Source of the DNA: a virus
Reading direction: 5' to 3' (one strand)
Virus record (IMG/VR): IMGVR_UViG_3300033112_000310
Coordinates: 44,441 to 108,440 of that record
Length of the DNA stretch: 64,000 nt
Part shown: positions 7,952 to 17,691 of the stretch, in pieces
Layout: every line of letters begins with the position of its first letter
Numbering within the stretch: the first letter of the stretch is position 1
Translations under genes and position numbers: made by a program
Notes under the pieces: generated by a model
Databases searched by the model: none
The model's input: the letters and a program-made list of their open reading frames with translations, nothing else
Told to the model about the DNA's origin: nothing

Positions 7952-9654
7952 TCAGATGAACAGCACCGGCAGGGCCACGGCTTCGCCGCGTCCGGGATAG
8001 TCGATCAAGCCGAGCGAACGCAGCGAACCGCGCGTGTTGTTGAACGCGCCGCCGCCGCCCGCATACCCGGCCTCGTCCGCGCCAGTTCATCGACGGTCAG
8101 CGAGTCCGGGTAGGCGTCGATCAGCGGTTGCAGGATCCGTCTCTGCGGCCCGCTCAGCCTTTCCATCACCGCCTGTTGCAGTTGCCGCGTGGTCACCGGA
8201 ACGTCGGGCTGGCGCGCGATGGCCGTGCCCAGGTCGGTCAACTGGACTTCGCCGCTGTTCGGGTAGTCAACCAGACCGGCGGATCGCAACGCACCGAGAT
8301 TGTTGTTGAAGGCGCCGCCACCGGGCTTGTAGCCGGCCATGAACGCCACCTGCAGCCGACTGACCCGGTGGTAGCCGACCAGTCCCTTGAACCAAGCCAG
8401 CGCGTCCAGGATGCGCCGCTGCGGTGCCGTGACCTCCACTCCGTCCGGCAACGCGCTTTCCGGCGGCGTCTCCGGAGAGGCGTGTTTCGGTGCCCGCTTG
8501 GGTGCCGGGGTCGTTGTGTGGCGGGCTTCGACCTTCCGGCTTTCCAACCCGCCGGGCAACCAGTCGATGCCGGTCGCCAAGTCGCGTTCGAGAGACGCCA
8601 AGTCCGCGGCCACGCCCTTCACCCTTTCGTGCAGGTACTGGCGGTTGCGCTCGTGCCCGTCGCGCGCGGCGTTCAGTTCGCGCCGCAGTTCGTCCACTTC
8701 GGCCGACCGGTCGTCCGGGCGCGCCTCTAGTTCGCGCTCCAACTCGGCGATGCGCCGGCGCAGCCGCACCGGGTCGTCCGCTTCCATTTCGTCGCGGGCG
8801 GATTCGAGCTTGGCGGCGACTTCCTCGATGTCGATCGACGGCAGTTCAACCTTGTCCTGCGACTGGACGACGCCCGAATCGAACGTCGCGGCCAGCGGGC
8901 AGAAGGCTCGAGCAAGGTGGCCGATTTCCGGCGACCACACCCACGACTCCCCGGTCTTGAGCGTGGCCAGCGAAGCCTTCAACTCCGACGCGTCGCCGCC
9001 GGCGGCTTCCCCGACCCAATCGTCTATCGCGTTTCTGTCCTGCGGGGCGATCAGCCGCATCGCCACCAGCGTTTCCACTTGGGTGAGCGCGTCCTTGTGC
9101 AGCTTGGCCGGGCGCTGCGTAATCAGCACGATTCGCAGCCCGATACCCCGGCCAAGGGACACGAGGTCGTTTCCCGCGTGCAGCATCGCCGGTCGGCCGC
9201 CACCGCCACGGGCGCCGCTCTGCGGCATGAACGTGTGGGCTTCGTCAACGATCAGATGGAGTTCGCCCCGGTTCTCGGCAATCAGCGTTTCGGCGAAGTC
9301 GGTGAAGAACCGGGTGCGTCCGGCAACCCCGATCTTGCGGAGGTCGATGATCGCGGATGTCGCCGTCGTGCCCACCGCGCGGGCGATGGCCTGGCCGTGT
9401 TCCGCCCGGATCGGAAGGTCGCCGTGCTCGCCGCCGAAGATGGCGACGTTGTGGCCGGACGCCTTCTTGCCGTTCGCGGCGAGCCGCAAACCCCACCATG
9501 TGCCGGTCGGGTCGAGCACGCAGACGCGGGAGCCGCGACCTAGCAGATGCTCGGCGACCGTCTTGGCGAGATTCGACTTGCCCGAACCGGTCTTGCCGAG
9601 AATGCCGATGTGCTTGTCGAGCGCATCCGCGGGGATGGGGTGTTTCGGCGTCAT
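7952..9654 (-). CDS. HerA/FtsK-like P-loop ATPase (DUF87-type) with coiled coil and two C-terminal winged-helix-like repeats; frameshift near 8080
   Basis: Walker A GKTGSGKS, VLDPTG, Walker B LIVDEAH, GRGIG, TQRPA; the second C-terminal repeat continues in another frame to TGA at 7952. Confidence 0.85.
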
Positions 9655-9911
9655 ACGATGGGCATCGCCGGGCGGAACCATCCCGACTCCGACACGCGGT
9701 AGTCGTCGGGGCCGTCGGCTCGCAACCCGATGGCGGTCGTCTCGATGCCGAACCGGGGCATGACGAGCCGTTGATAGAGAAGGTAGGCCCGCCGCAGATC
9801 GGGAGCGGCGACCGTGTGGGTGCGGCCGCCGGCGTCGGTGAACACGGAAAGGCGCGGCACGTTCCGGGCCATCGGGCCGAAGCGTTGGGCGGCAAGTCTG
9901 CGGTCGCTCAT
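9651..9911 (-). CDS. hypothetical protein
   Basis: MSDRRL start coupled on both sides. Confidence 0.5.
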   Translation of the reverse strand: MSDRRLAAQRFGPMARNVPRLSVFTDAGGRTHTVAAPDLRRAYLLYQRLVMPRFGIETTAIGLRADGPDDYRVSESGWFRPAMPIV

Positions 9912-10144
9912 CGGCTGCGAACCTCCCGCATGGCCTCGTCGTACTTCTCGGCCGCCAACCAGAAGTCGCGGGCGAGAATGGCGAAGAAAAGGAAGCCGTG
10001 GACGAAGAACGCCCAAAGGTAGATGTTGACGGCGACGCCGACCGGCACCATCAGGACGTTCGGCACGACGAACAGGAGAAGGGCCGGACGGTCGAACAGC
10101 CACATGGCGCGGCACCCGACGTACATCATGCGTAGAAAGCTCAC
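9908..10144 (-). CDS. small membrane protein
   Basis: Two hydrophobic segments; GTG start overlapping the upstream stop. Confidence 0.5.
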   Translation of the reverse strand: MSFLRMMYVGCRAMWLFDRPALLLFVVPNVLMVPVGVAVNIYLWAFFVHGFLFFAILARDFWLAAEKYDEAMREVRSR

Positions 10145-10629
10145 GGCAGAAGGTTCGTGTAGTCGCGGTTTCGCGTCAGCGCCTTGCTGGACAACCACGG
10201 GAACATGAAACCGACCCCGGCGCCCACGTAAACGGCTTCAAACACGCCGAACGTTCCACTGCCGAGCCAGAATGCACACGCCATGCCGACCATGAGAGCA
10301 CCGCCCACCGCCATGCCGCCCGAGCCGCCACGAACGCGGAACGCGAGCATTCTCAAGAGTCGCCATCGGCGCTCCCGTGGGGTTTCAGTCGGCAGAAGAT
10401 GTTTGCGGTTGACGTAGAGCTTGCCGTTGGGGCCGCATATCGCGCCTTCCGACCGCATGGTGACGATGGCCTTGTACGTCGGCTCGTGCCACGTTGGCCG
10501 CCCGGTGAAGTGTTCCATGTGTCCTTGCGACAACACGCCATGCTCGTGCACGCAATCGGTCGCGCCTTTCAGCCATGCCGGCCCGCGCCAAAGGCAGTTT
10601 TTGCACGATGGATGTTCTCTGTCAGTCAT
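10141..10629 (-). CDS. Cys-motif protein with C-terminal transmembrane helices
   Basis: SCKNC...C...MRSEGAICGPNGKLY followed by two hydrophobic helices. Confidence 0.6.
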   Translation of the reverse strand: MTDREHPSCKNCLWRGPAWLKGATDCVHEHGVLSQGHMEHFTGRPTWHEPTYKAIVTMRSEGAICGPNGKLYVNRKHLLPTETPRERRWRLLRMLAFRVRGGSGGMAVGGALMVGMACAFWLGSGTFGVFEAVYVGAGVGFMFPWLSSKALTRNRDYTNLLP

Positions 10630-12503
10630 GCCGTTTCCTTCGCTTCGCAATAGGCCGCGAGCCATTCGGGCCGGTATCCCATGAGCCAGCCGCTGAACAG
10701 CGGGTTGAGCATCAGCCGTTCGCCGTCGTGGCCGTAGGCGCTGCCCGGCACTTGGCGCGGCAACTGGTCTAGCCGGGTGCGCGGAGTGCCGTCAGGGTTG
10801 ACACCTTCGGTGGCCATGCCGGGCGTGTCCTTGTAGTCGCGTGCGGCGGCGGTCGCCCACGGGTCAACCCCGTCGCGCCACAGAGATCCCAACGCCTGGT
10901 CTTCGATGCGCGCCCGCGCGTCGTGTCCGCGTTCAAGGCTCGCGCCCGAATGCGGCCCGTTGGTCGCCTTCGGCGTGCCCCAATTGGCGAGCACGGCAAT
11001 CTGCGTCAGCGGCTTGCCCTTGTCGTGCGGCCTTGAATCCCTGCCGCCGCGTCGGCCATCCATCGCAACCGGCGTCGGCCACACCGCCAGCTTGGTGACG
11101 ACTTCCAGTCCGACTTGCGCCTTGCGGCCCTTGTCCGTGTACCACGTCCCATTCTCAAGGTAGGCGTTCTGAATCGCTCGCCCGCCGTTCGGGACATTCG
11201 GGGTTGGCCAGATTGCAAGAACCGATACCGCGAGCGCCAAGTTCTGGTAGCCGTTCGCACCGCCGCGCCGCTCGAACTCCGCTTCGGCGCCTTCGATGGT
11301 CGGGCGGCTGTTCTGCGCATCGGCGAACGTCGCGGTAGGCCAGTTGGCCAACTGTGCAACGGTGCCTAGCTTGGGATTGCCTCGCGCGAACACGGACTCG
11401 TCGTCGGTGCGTTCGCCCATTACGGTTGGCCAGTGAGCGACGTCGACCGACTCGCCAAGCGCGAGCCGGGAACGTTCGTGCTGTTGTTCAGGGTCGAGAG
11501 TGCCCCGCTTTCCATCGACGGTGGCGGGCGTTCGCCATCCACCCATAACGCTAGGCCAAACGCCTCGTCTCGGTGTCGCGCTCAGCCGGGGAAACCCCGT
11601 CTCGGCAAACAACTCGTCCGGCGCTCCGGTGTCGTCGTCATCGTCTTCCATGCCGAACAGATCGCCCATGTCCGGCACCGCGCGCTGCGCCCGTCCCGAT
11701 GCCGGCACCCGCCACTTCAACCGGCATTCCGGCGAAGCGTCAACGTCGATCAGTTCCAGCAGAAGCCTCGTCAGCGCCCCTTGCATGTTCGACTCGCCGC
11801 TGACTTCGGCCAGCAGGCGAAGGAATATCTCGGCCACGTGCGGGACGATGGCGTTGCCGAACCCGCGCAGCATGGCCGCGCGACCCGCGACCTTCGGAGC
11901 CACCGGCGGGACGCCGGCGCGTCTTGCCTTCCCGTCCCGGCACGCGAGCACGAGGCTTTCGTCCCACGGGCGCGGCTGTCGGTTGGTCGGTGATTTGACT
12001 TCGATGCGATGGCCGGGCTGCACCGCCGCCCACCAGTTCCGCTGTCGGATGTGAGGGGCGGCGACGGTAGCGGCCGGCAGGTCGGCGGCGCAGAAACGGT
12101 ACCCGAGCTGTTCGACATCGGCACGAACGCCGGCGAGCCACTGCAAACCCTTGCGGCTGGTGACTTGCTCGCCGACGACGACGGGCGGCCGCGTGCGTTC
12201 GATGATCGCGAGCATGTCGGGCCAAAGGTGGCGCTCGTCCTTTTCGGCCTTGCCCTGGCCGGCGATGGAGAAGGGCTGGCACGGACACGATCCCGTCATC
12301 ACCGGCCCGTCCCACCCGGCCATTTCGAGAGCCAAGGGCCAGCCGGCGATCCCGGCGAACAGATGCAGTTGATCCGCCTTCGGAATCTTGGCGGTCGCGA
12401 TGTCGCCTTCGACAATCTCGCCGTCCGGGATCAGGCCGAAGGCCATGAGGCCGCGCATCCACGTTGCCGAGTGCGGGTCGTTGTCGTTGTACGCGGCTAA
12501 CAT
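10626..12503 (-). CDS. C5 DNA cytosine methyltransferase with repeated WPTP-type target-recognition segments
   Basis: Motif I LFAGIAG, IV GSCPCQPFS, VI GEQV, VIII HIRQR, X LRGFGNAIVP, IX-like LNPLFSGWLMGY; start MLAAYND at 12503. Confidence 0.9.
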   Translation of the reverse strand: MLAAYNDNDPHSATWMRGLMAFGLIPDGEIVEGDIATAKIPKADQLHLFAGIAGWPLALEMAGWDGPVMTGSCPCQPFSIAGQGKAEKDERHLWPDMLAIIERTRPPVVVGEQVTSRKGLQWLAGVRADVEQLGYRFCAADLPAATVAAPHIRQRNWWAAVQPGHRIEVKSPTNRQPRPWDESLVLACRDGKARRAGVPPVAPKVAGRAAMLRGFGNAIVPHVAEIFLRLLAEVSGESNMQGALTRLLLELIDVDASPECRLKWRVPASGRAQRAVPDMGDLFGMEDDDDDTGAPDELFAETGFPRLSATPRRGVWPSVMGGWRTPATVDGKRGTLDPEQQHERSRLALGESVDVAHWPTVMGERTDDESVFARGNPKLGTVAQLANWPTATFADAQNSRPTIEGAEAEFERRGGANGYQNLALAVSVLAIWPTPNVPNGGRAIQNAYLENGTWYTDKGRKAQVGLEVVTKLAVWPTPVAMDGRRGGRDSRPHDKGKPLTQIAVLANWGTPKATNGPHSGASLERGHDARARIEDQALGSLWRDGVDPWATAAARDYKDTPGMATEGVNPDGTPRTRLDQLPRQVPGSAYGHDGERLMLNPLFSGWLMGYRPEWLAAYCEAKETA

Positions 12504-12901
12504 GGTGTGTTGCCGTGGTTCGTGTCGATAAGCAATCGCCCGTGTCCGGCGCAGGCCCGACAACGCTCCAACGGAGAGTGGGTTCCGGGCTGAATGCCAT
12601 CGCCACCACAAACCGGGCAATGAACGTGTGGCTTTTCGGCATCGAAATCCATCTTGGACACCCATGCGGTGACCAACACCGACGCGAGCGCAAAGAGGAT
12701 CAACAATCCGAAGGTGACGCAGAAATACGTGACCGCCACGCTCGCCGATATTGACCCGTCAACACAAAACCCCGCCACCCCAGGGATGACTATGAAGGCG
12801 ACCACCCCGTATACCGAACCCAGGCCACCAAGCGTTTTTTCAACTCGATCCACCGTATGGCGTTTGTATATCCGGGTGATTTGGTAGCCCACCCTAAACA
12901 T
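12497..12901 (-). CDS. membrane protein with DnaJ-type zinc finger
   Basis: Two TM helices then CPVCGGDG...CRACAGHG. Confidence 0.55.
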   Translation of the reverse strand: MFRVGYQITRIYKRHTVDRVEKTLGGLGSVYGVVAFIVIPGVAGFCVDGSISASVAVTYFCVTFGLLILFALASVLVTAWVSKMDFDAEKPHVHCPVCGGDGIQPGTHSPLERCRACAGHGRLLIDTNHGNTPC

Positions 12902-13280
12902 CCTCTGCGTGCATGTCGCGAGCGCACCGCAGCGCGGTACGGTAGAAGATGCTGCGGACTCGCTGGTTGATGTCCGGCTGGCAAGCCAAGCGCATGTTGG
13001 CGTGCGCATGGCCGCGCCACTGGTCGGCGGTCAGGGCAGAGAATGGCACCGGGGCGTCTGCATTCGCGTTCGCGTCCTGACACCACTCGCGTGGGAGCGT
13101 TACGGTCGGGTCGATGTAGGGGTGGCTCCGAAACAACTCGGACATGAACCGGCGGAAGCGGCCCCATAGGGTGGGCGGTGGCGGCACTGCCCATTCCTCG
13201 GGCGTATGCGTCTCCCACGTCAGCAGGTCCGGGACGCCCGTTTCCGGGTTGGTCTGGCCTAAGCGGACGGCGCGCGGCAC
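12894..13280 (-). CDS. hypothetical protein
   Basis: 128-aa ORF abutting its neighbours. Confidence 0.5.
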   Translation of the reverse strand: MPRAVRLGQTNPETGVPDLLTWETHTPEEWAVPPPPTLWGRFRRFMSELFRSHPYIDPTVTLPREWCQDANANADAPVPFSALTADQWRGHAHANMRLACQPDINQRVRSIFYRTALRCARDMHAEDV

Positions 13281-13595
13281 CTAGACCGCTCCCCAACGTT
13301 CGGGCCAGTCGATGATGTCGAACACGCACGTCTGCGGCGGGCCGTCCAGGAAGGTATGACGCCAGCCGTTCTCGTACATGACGGCTTGGATCGGTCGCAA
13401 CACCGCGTCCCTGAAAACGACGGTCAGTTCATCCGCAAGCGCCCGTTCCAAGCCCATACACAGATGGTCGCTCAGCGCGCTGAAATCGAAGGCGACCGAC
13501 ACCGTAGTGTCCGGCAACGGCTGCGGCATCGGGACGGGCACCAGCGACATGGCCGCGCCCGCGCCTAGACCCTTCAAGATGCGACGCCGGTTCAC
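13281..13595 (-). CDS. twin-arginine-leader small protein
   Basis: GTG start overlapping the upstream TGA gives MNRRRILKGLGAGAAMSL. Confidence 0.65.
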   Translation of the reverse strand: MNRRRILKGLGAGAAMSLVPVPMPQPLPDTTVSVAFDFSALSDHLCMGLERALADELTVVFRDAVLRPIQAVMYENGWRHTFLDGPPQTCVFDIIDWPERWGAV

Positions 13596-13984
13596 TGCAG
13601 GCCGATTTCGACGTGGCTGTGCGGCGGCTGCACGACGAGCCAATCCGCGTTTTGCAGCCGTTCGGGGATGGATCGTGGCACGCACGAGTAGCGGTGCTCG
13701 TCTTGCGGCACCCCAAGGTTGTACGACTCGGGCTGCTGGTGGAGAAACACGGTGTTGAGGTCGTGCGCTTCGCAGATGGTGTCCGCGATGCGGTCGGCAA
13801 CTGCGCGGCGCTCCGATTCCGACGACTTGGCAGGGAACCGAATCGCGATGAAGTCCGGGTGCACGCTGCCAAGGTCGTACCTGATCGTGCCCAACGGGCG
13901 TTCCGGTTCTGCGGGTTGTCCGCAGCCAATCGCCGTCAGTAGGACGGCCAGACCTAGACAGCCGGGGATTTGGCTAGGGTTCAT
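13592..13984 (-). CDS. putative lipoprotein
   Basis: Signal LGLAVLLTAIG-C lipobox. Confidence 0.6.
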   Translation of the reverse strand: MNPSQIPGCLGLAVLLTAIGCGQPAEPERPLGTIRYDLGSVHPDFIAIRFPAKSSESERRAVADRIADTICEAHDLNTVFLHQQPESYNLGVPQDEHRYSCVPRSIPERLQNADWLVVQPPHSHVEIGLQ

Positions 13985-13987
13985 GGA

Positions 13988-14182
13988 CTACTCGCCGCCG
14001 TTGCCTTGCTTGAGCCACTTGCGTACAGCGCCTTCGCTGACGCCCGCTTCGGTGGCAATGGTCTTGATGCTGACGCCTGCGACATGCATTCGCTTGGCCT
14101 CCGCGATGGCGTCCGCGACGTTGGCATCGTGAGCTTCCCTGCTTTTCCGCATTCGGTTTCCGATGACCGCCATAGATGGCAT
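13988..14182 (-). CDS. small helix-turn-helix DNA-binding protein
   Basis: GVSIKTIATEAGVSEGAVRKWLK; first gene of the leftward operon. Confidence 0.75.
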   Translation of the reverse strand: MPSMAVIGNRMRKSREAHDANVADAIAEAKRMHVAGVSIKTIATEAGVSEGAVRKWLKQGNGGE

Positions 14183-14219
14183 TTCGGGTCCAGTTCCGTT
14201 GTTCCGACCGATGCCGCGC

Positions 14220-14280
14220 AGTCTACACGTACTCGGTACGGGCAAATCAACGGTGGAAGCGTACCGGCTGTGTTATAATG
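14220..14280. promoter_or_regulatory. divergent promoter region with extended -10 and palindrome
   Basis: TGTTATAAT at 14271-14279 (+), TAGACT at about 14220-14225 (-), palindrome CGTAC-TCG-GTACG at 14228-14240. Confidence 0.65.
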
Positions 14281-14316
14281 GCTACAGACGACTACAAATC
14301 TGCCAGGAGGGACACC

Positions 14317-14577
14317 GTGCAGATCGAACGCACCAACGCGGTAGGGCTTCGCCCGTCTCGCCAAACCCTAGTCCGGGACCGCGCCGAACTACCGGACATC
14401 CAACCCGCCGTGATCGGTTCCGTCGCCCTGACGGCGATCGACAACCACGGGCGCTACTACCGAGTCACCCTGTCTCGCGCCGACCTCGAACTGATAGACG
14501 AGGCCCGCGCGCGTCCCGAGTACCGCCGCTATCCGCGGACGGCAACCAACCCACCGGAAGGAAACAACGATGCCTGA
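14317..14577 (+). CDS. hypothetical protein, first gene of the rightward operon
   Basis: AGGAGG SD before GTG at 14317. Confidence 0.7.
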   Translation: MQIERTNAVGLRPSRQTLVRDRAELPDIQPAVIGSVALTAIDNHGRYYRVTLSRADLELIDEARARPEYRRYPRTATNPPEGNNDA

Positions 14578-14806
14578 CACCATCCAAGACGCGCACGACG
14601 CATACCAGAGCGACCCAAGCGACGAAACGCTCCTCACACTGAACCGGACGGTCCTTCGCGACGCATCCTTTACGGACGACAGCACCGCGTTCCCCGCCTT
14701 GGTCGTTCAGATGACGACCAACATGGTCACGTCCCACCACGCCCACCCGTCCGCCGTTCTGCAACTGGTGGCCGCTGCGGTTGCCGAACTCACGGCGGGC
14801 GACTAG
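14570..14806 (+). CDS. hypothetical protein
   Basis: Coupled ORF with GGAAGG SD. Confidence 0.6.
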   Translation: MPDTIQDAHDAYQSDPSDETLLTLNRTVLRDASFTDDSTAFPALVVQMTTNMVTSHHAHPSAVLQLVAAAVAELTAGD

Positions 14807-14808
14807 GC

Positions 14809-15051
14809 ATGGCCAAGAAAAGGGCCAAGCGTTGCGACGGCGAGTTCCACGACCAATACGAGGGGGTCGTGCAATGGCCGTCAGGCGAACGGCATCGCAC
14901 GGTTCCACAGCCAACCCGTGAATTGGCCCTACTGACGGCTCAAGATGACGCGAGAGGGTCCGGCGGCGCTGATGGGCGGTCTGTATGGGCGCGACGCTGC
15001 ACATGCTTACCCCACTCGTGCTGCCGCAACGGAGAGAGGGAGACGTACTAA
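14809..15051 (+). CDS. hypothetical protein
   Basis: 80-aa ORF; its stop overlaps the next start (TAATG). Confidence 0.45.
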   Translation: MAKKRAKRCDGEFHDQYEGVVQWPSGERHRTVPQPTRELALLTAQDDARGSGGADGRSVWARRCTCLPHSCCRNGERETY

Positions 15052-15230
15052 TGCGCAAGCCGTCGCCCCGCACGGTACGCCTTGACGAGACGCAGTACCG
15101 CCAGGTGGCGGCGCTCGCCAAGGCCGAGCAACGGTCGTGGCACAACACCCTATGCGTGATCGTGTCGCGCTACTTCCGGGACCACCCGGTGGAATTGGCA
15201 GAGAAGGAAGCGAACGATGCCCCGGTATGA
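15051..15230 (+). CDS. Arc-like ribbon-helix-helix DNA-binding protein
   Basis: RTVRLDETQYRQVAALAKAEQRSWHNTLCVIV. Confidence 0.75.
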   Translation: MRKPSPRTVRLDETQYRQVAALAKAEQRSWHNTLCVIVSRYFRDHPVELAEKEANDAPV

Positions 15231-15603
15231 CCTCAAGACGCCTTGCAAGAACTGCCCGTTCCGCAACGACGAAACGCGCATCCGGTTCCGCACCCGCGGA
15301 CGGGCAGAGGAAATCGAAGAACACGCCTACCGCAACGGCTTCGCTTGCCATATGTCAGCCGAGTCCGTCGAAGACCCGGAAGGCGGCACGCAGCTTGTGT
15401 TCGGCGAGAACACGCAGCACTGCGCCGGGTACATCATCCTTGCCCTGAAAGACCGCTATGCGGGCGGCTGGCCGGGGATAGACAACGACGACGAATTGGC
15501 CGACCGGCTCGCCGAGCAAGTCGATTTGGAAGCCCCGGTGTTCGAGACGGTCGAGGAGTTCTTGGACGCCAACACGCCTGACGGAGACGACCCCTATGCC
15601 TGA
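15217..15603 (+). CDS. Cys/His zinc-binding phage protein (DUF6283-like)
   Basis: PCKNCPFR...FACH...HCAG. Confidence 0.65.
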   Translation: MPRYDLKTPCKNCPFRNDETRIRFRTRGRAEEIEEHAYRNGFACHMSAESVEDPEGGTQLVFGENTQHCAGYIILALKDRYAGGWPGIDNDDELADRLAEQVDLEAPVFETVEEFLDANTPDGDDPYA

Positions 15604-15841
15604 TGAAGACTTCCGCGGCGGATTCGCCGAGAACCTAGACGGCGTGCACTTGATGAACGGCGAGTTCACCTTGTGCGGCGACTCGTTCGACATCGCCGAA
15701 ACCGAAGACGACTTCACCGCTGGCTCTATCCGCTCGACCACAAAACGGACGGTCACCTGTCGCCGGTGTGCGGAGATTATCTACCTTTGCCGGGGCGTGC
15801 GCGTCGGCCAGATCGTGGAAGGACAGCCGTTCGATGTCTAA
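15596..15841 (+). CDS. small zinc-ribbon protein
   Basis: VH...TLCG...VTCRRC. Confidence 0.65.
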   Translation: MPDEDFRGGFAENLDGVHLMNGEFTLCGDSFDIAETEDDFTAGSIRSTTKRTVTCRRCAEIIYLCRGVRVGQIVEGQPFDV

Positions 15842-16127
15842 GGCACGAGTCCGCTTCCCTCGCGAGTGCGCCGGCGTCTACGCCATCACCGTGGACGGCC
15901 ACCTTGAAGGCCACATCGAACACCAGCCGCGCGGATGGCTGCACGACGAAGAGGGCGCGGCCTTCCCGGAGTGCTGGCTGTTGTCCTGCGGCTCAGCCGA
16001 GACGAACGTCGCCTTCGCGGCGGAAGGCAACTATCCCCTATTGCGCGACGCCAAGGCCAAGGTCAGGGCCGTCGTGTTCAACGAAACCCAATCCCAAGAA
16101 ACCACTAGGAAGGAAACCAGACCATGA
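15834..16127 (+). CDS. hypothetical protein
   Basis: MSKARVRF start overlapping the upstream stop. Confidence 0.55.
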   Translation: MSKARVRFPRECAGVYAITVDGHLEGHIEHQPRGWLHDEEGAAFPECWLLSCGSAETNVAFAAEGNYPLLRDAKAKVRAVVFNETQSQETTRKETRP

Positions 16128-17563
16128 CAGACGTTCAAACTCTCATCCGGCAGAAGATAGACACGCTCGGCGAAGCCATCGGCGAGACGCGCGAGTTGAT
16201 CGCCGGCAACATCCTGTCCGACAAGCTCACCACCCTGTTCACCCGGACGAACGAGACGCACGCCGACATGCTCGCGCTGGTCGGCATGGTCGTGTCGTCC
16301 CGAGACACCGGCTCGTCCACCGAGCGCAGCAGCCCGGACGCCGACTGGTACCTGACCATCCGGCGGTTCGTCACGTCTCTCACCGAGGCGCTGCATGAAA
16401 TCGCGGGCGATGGCGAGTTCAGCGCCGACTTCGTGCACAAGGTCGCGCACATGGCCGACTGCCTCATCGAATCCGAGTTGGAGCACGGCCAGCCGGCCCG
16501 CCGGTACGCCACCGTTCTTGAGCGCGACCATTGGGTGCGCGGGCGTCGGCAACTGGTCGAGGAATTGCGCGAGAAGATGGCGGAAGACAGCTACCTAGCG
16601 GACACGTCCACGCCGGACGTGGTTTCCAGGATGGCCTACGCGCTCATCGAATCCGACCCGCCGCCCGTCGTGGTGCCGCCGCTCGGCCCGAAACCGGACG
16701 AAGCCCGGCACGCCCCGAATCAGTACCACATCGTGACCATCGCGGACACGCTGCGCGCGCCAAGGAAGCACATCGCATCGTTCGACCCCGAATCGCCGAG
16801 CTATGCCGGCAGGGACGGGGCCGTTGCCGAAGCCCGGCTCTTGGCGGACAAGGCAGAGCGTGGCCACCGCTTCATGGTGATTTGCGGCCCGACGTGGAGT
16901 GACGGTCGCACCGTGTGGTCTGGCGGCCGCAACTTCGCCGGGCAGTATTGGGAGCGTGGCGACGACGACGAAGACATGCGCCCCTTGATCCGGTACGCGT
17001 TCTGCATGGTCGGCGTCCACGCCGAACCCGGCACGTTCGCCGATCATCTGCGGGAAGGCGGCACCTGCGACCCGATGCACGAGCTCGTCGTGAAAGAGTT
17101 CGGAGCGGTGGCGTCGCATTCCAGCTTCACTCTCGAACTGCTGAGCGACGCGATGAACCGCCCGGCGAACGACAACCTTTGGCGAGCGGTGCAAGGCACG
17201 CCGCTGACCGTGGCGGTGCTGAGTTGCCGCGAGGTCTTGGCGCGCGAAACCAATGGCGACCTGATCTTGCCAAGCGAGTTCGACCAAGCCAGCCTGACGC
17301 TGATTCGGGCGGTGAAGGGCGAAGTCGCGGATGGCACGGACGGGGAGCAATTCGTCACCTGCGACGCGAAGAAGGCGATACAAATGCAAGTGCTGGACAT
17401 GCCGCTTGCGTGGCTGTCGCTCAGTTGGAAGCGCCCGCTCTCGCCCGTGCACTACGCGGTGGGCGACCAGATCGCGTGCGGCAAGCCGATACGGGATTGC
17501 ATGGCCTTCTCCCGCGAGCGCCGCAACGTCGATTGCCGCCGCTGCCTACGGGCGACCAAGTGA
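16124..17563 (+). CDS. large hypothetical protein with C-terminal zinc ribbon
   Basis: 479 aa, AAGGA SD; ends VHY...IACG...VDCRRC. Confidence 0.7.
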   Translation: MTDVQTLIRQKIDTLGEAIGETRELIAGNILSDKLTTLFTRTNETHADMLALVGMVVSSRDTGSSTERSSPDADWYLTIRRFVTSLTEALHEIAGDGEFSADFVHKVAHMADCLIESELEHGQPARRYATVLERDHWVRGRRQLVEELREKMAEDSYLADTSTPDVVSRMAYALIESDPPPVVVPPLGPKPDEARHAPNQYHIVTIADTLRAPRKHIASFDPESPSYAGRDGAVAEARLLADKAERGHRFMVICGPTWSDGRTVWSGGRNFAGQYWERGDDDEDMRPLIRYAFCMVGVHAEPGTFADHLREGGTCDPMHELVVKEFGAVASHSSFTLELLSDAMNRPANDNLWRAVQGTPLTVAVLSCREVLARETNGDLILPSEFDQASLTLIRAVKGEVADGTDGEQFVTCDAKKAIQMQVLDMPLAWLSLSWKRPLSPVHYAVGDQIACGKPIRDCMAFSRERRNVDCRRCLRATK

Positions 17564-17691
17564 CCGGCGGGTCTAGCCGACCCGAAGCCGCGGCAAAAAA
17601 ACGAAGCGGCATTTTTCTCCACGCGGATCCCGGCTGCAGGGTTCTGGCTGTTGCGCCTTCCGACTAATGGGTAGGAACCGGAGAAACCGCC

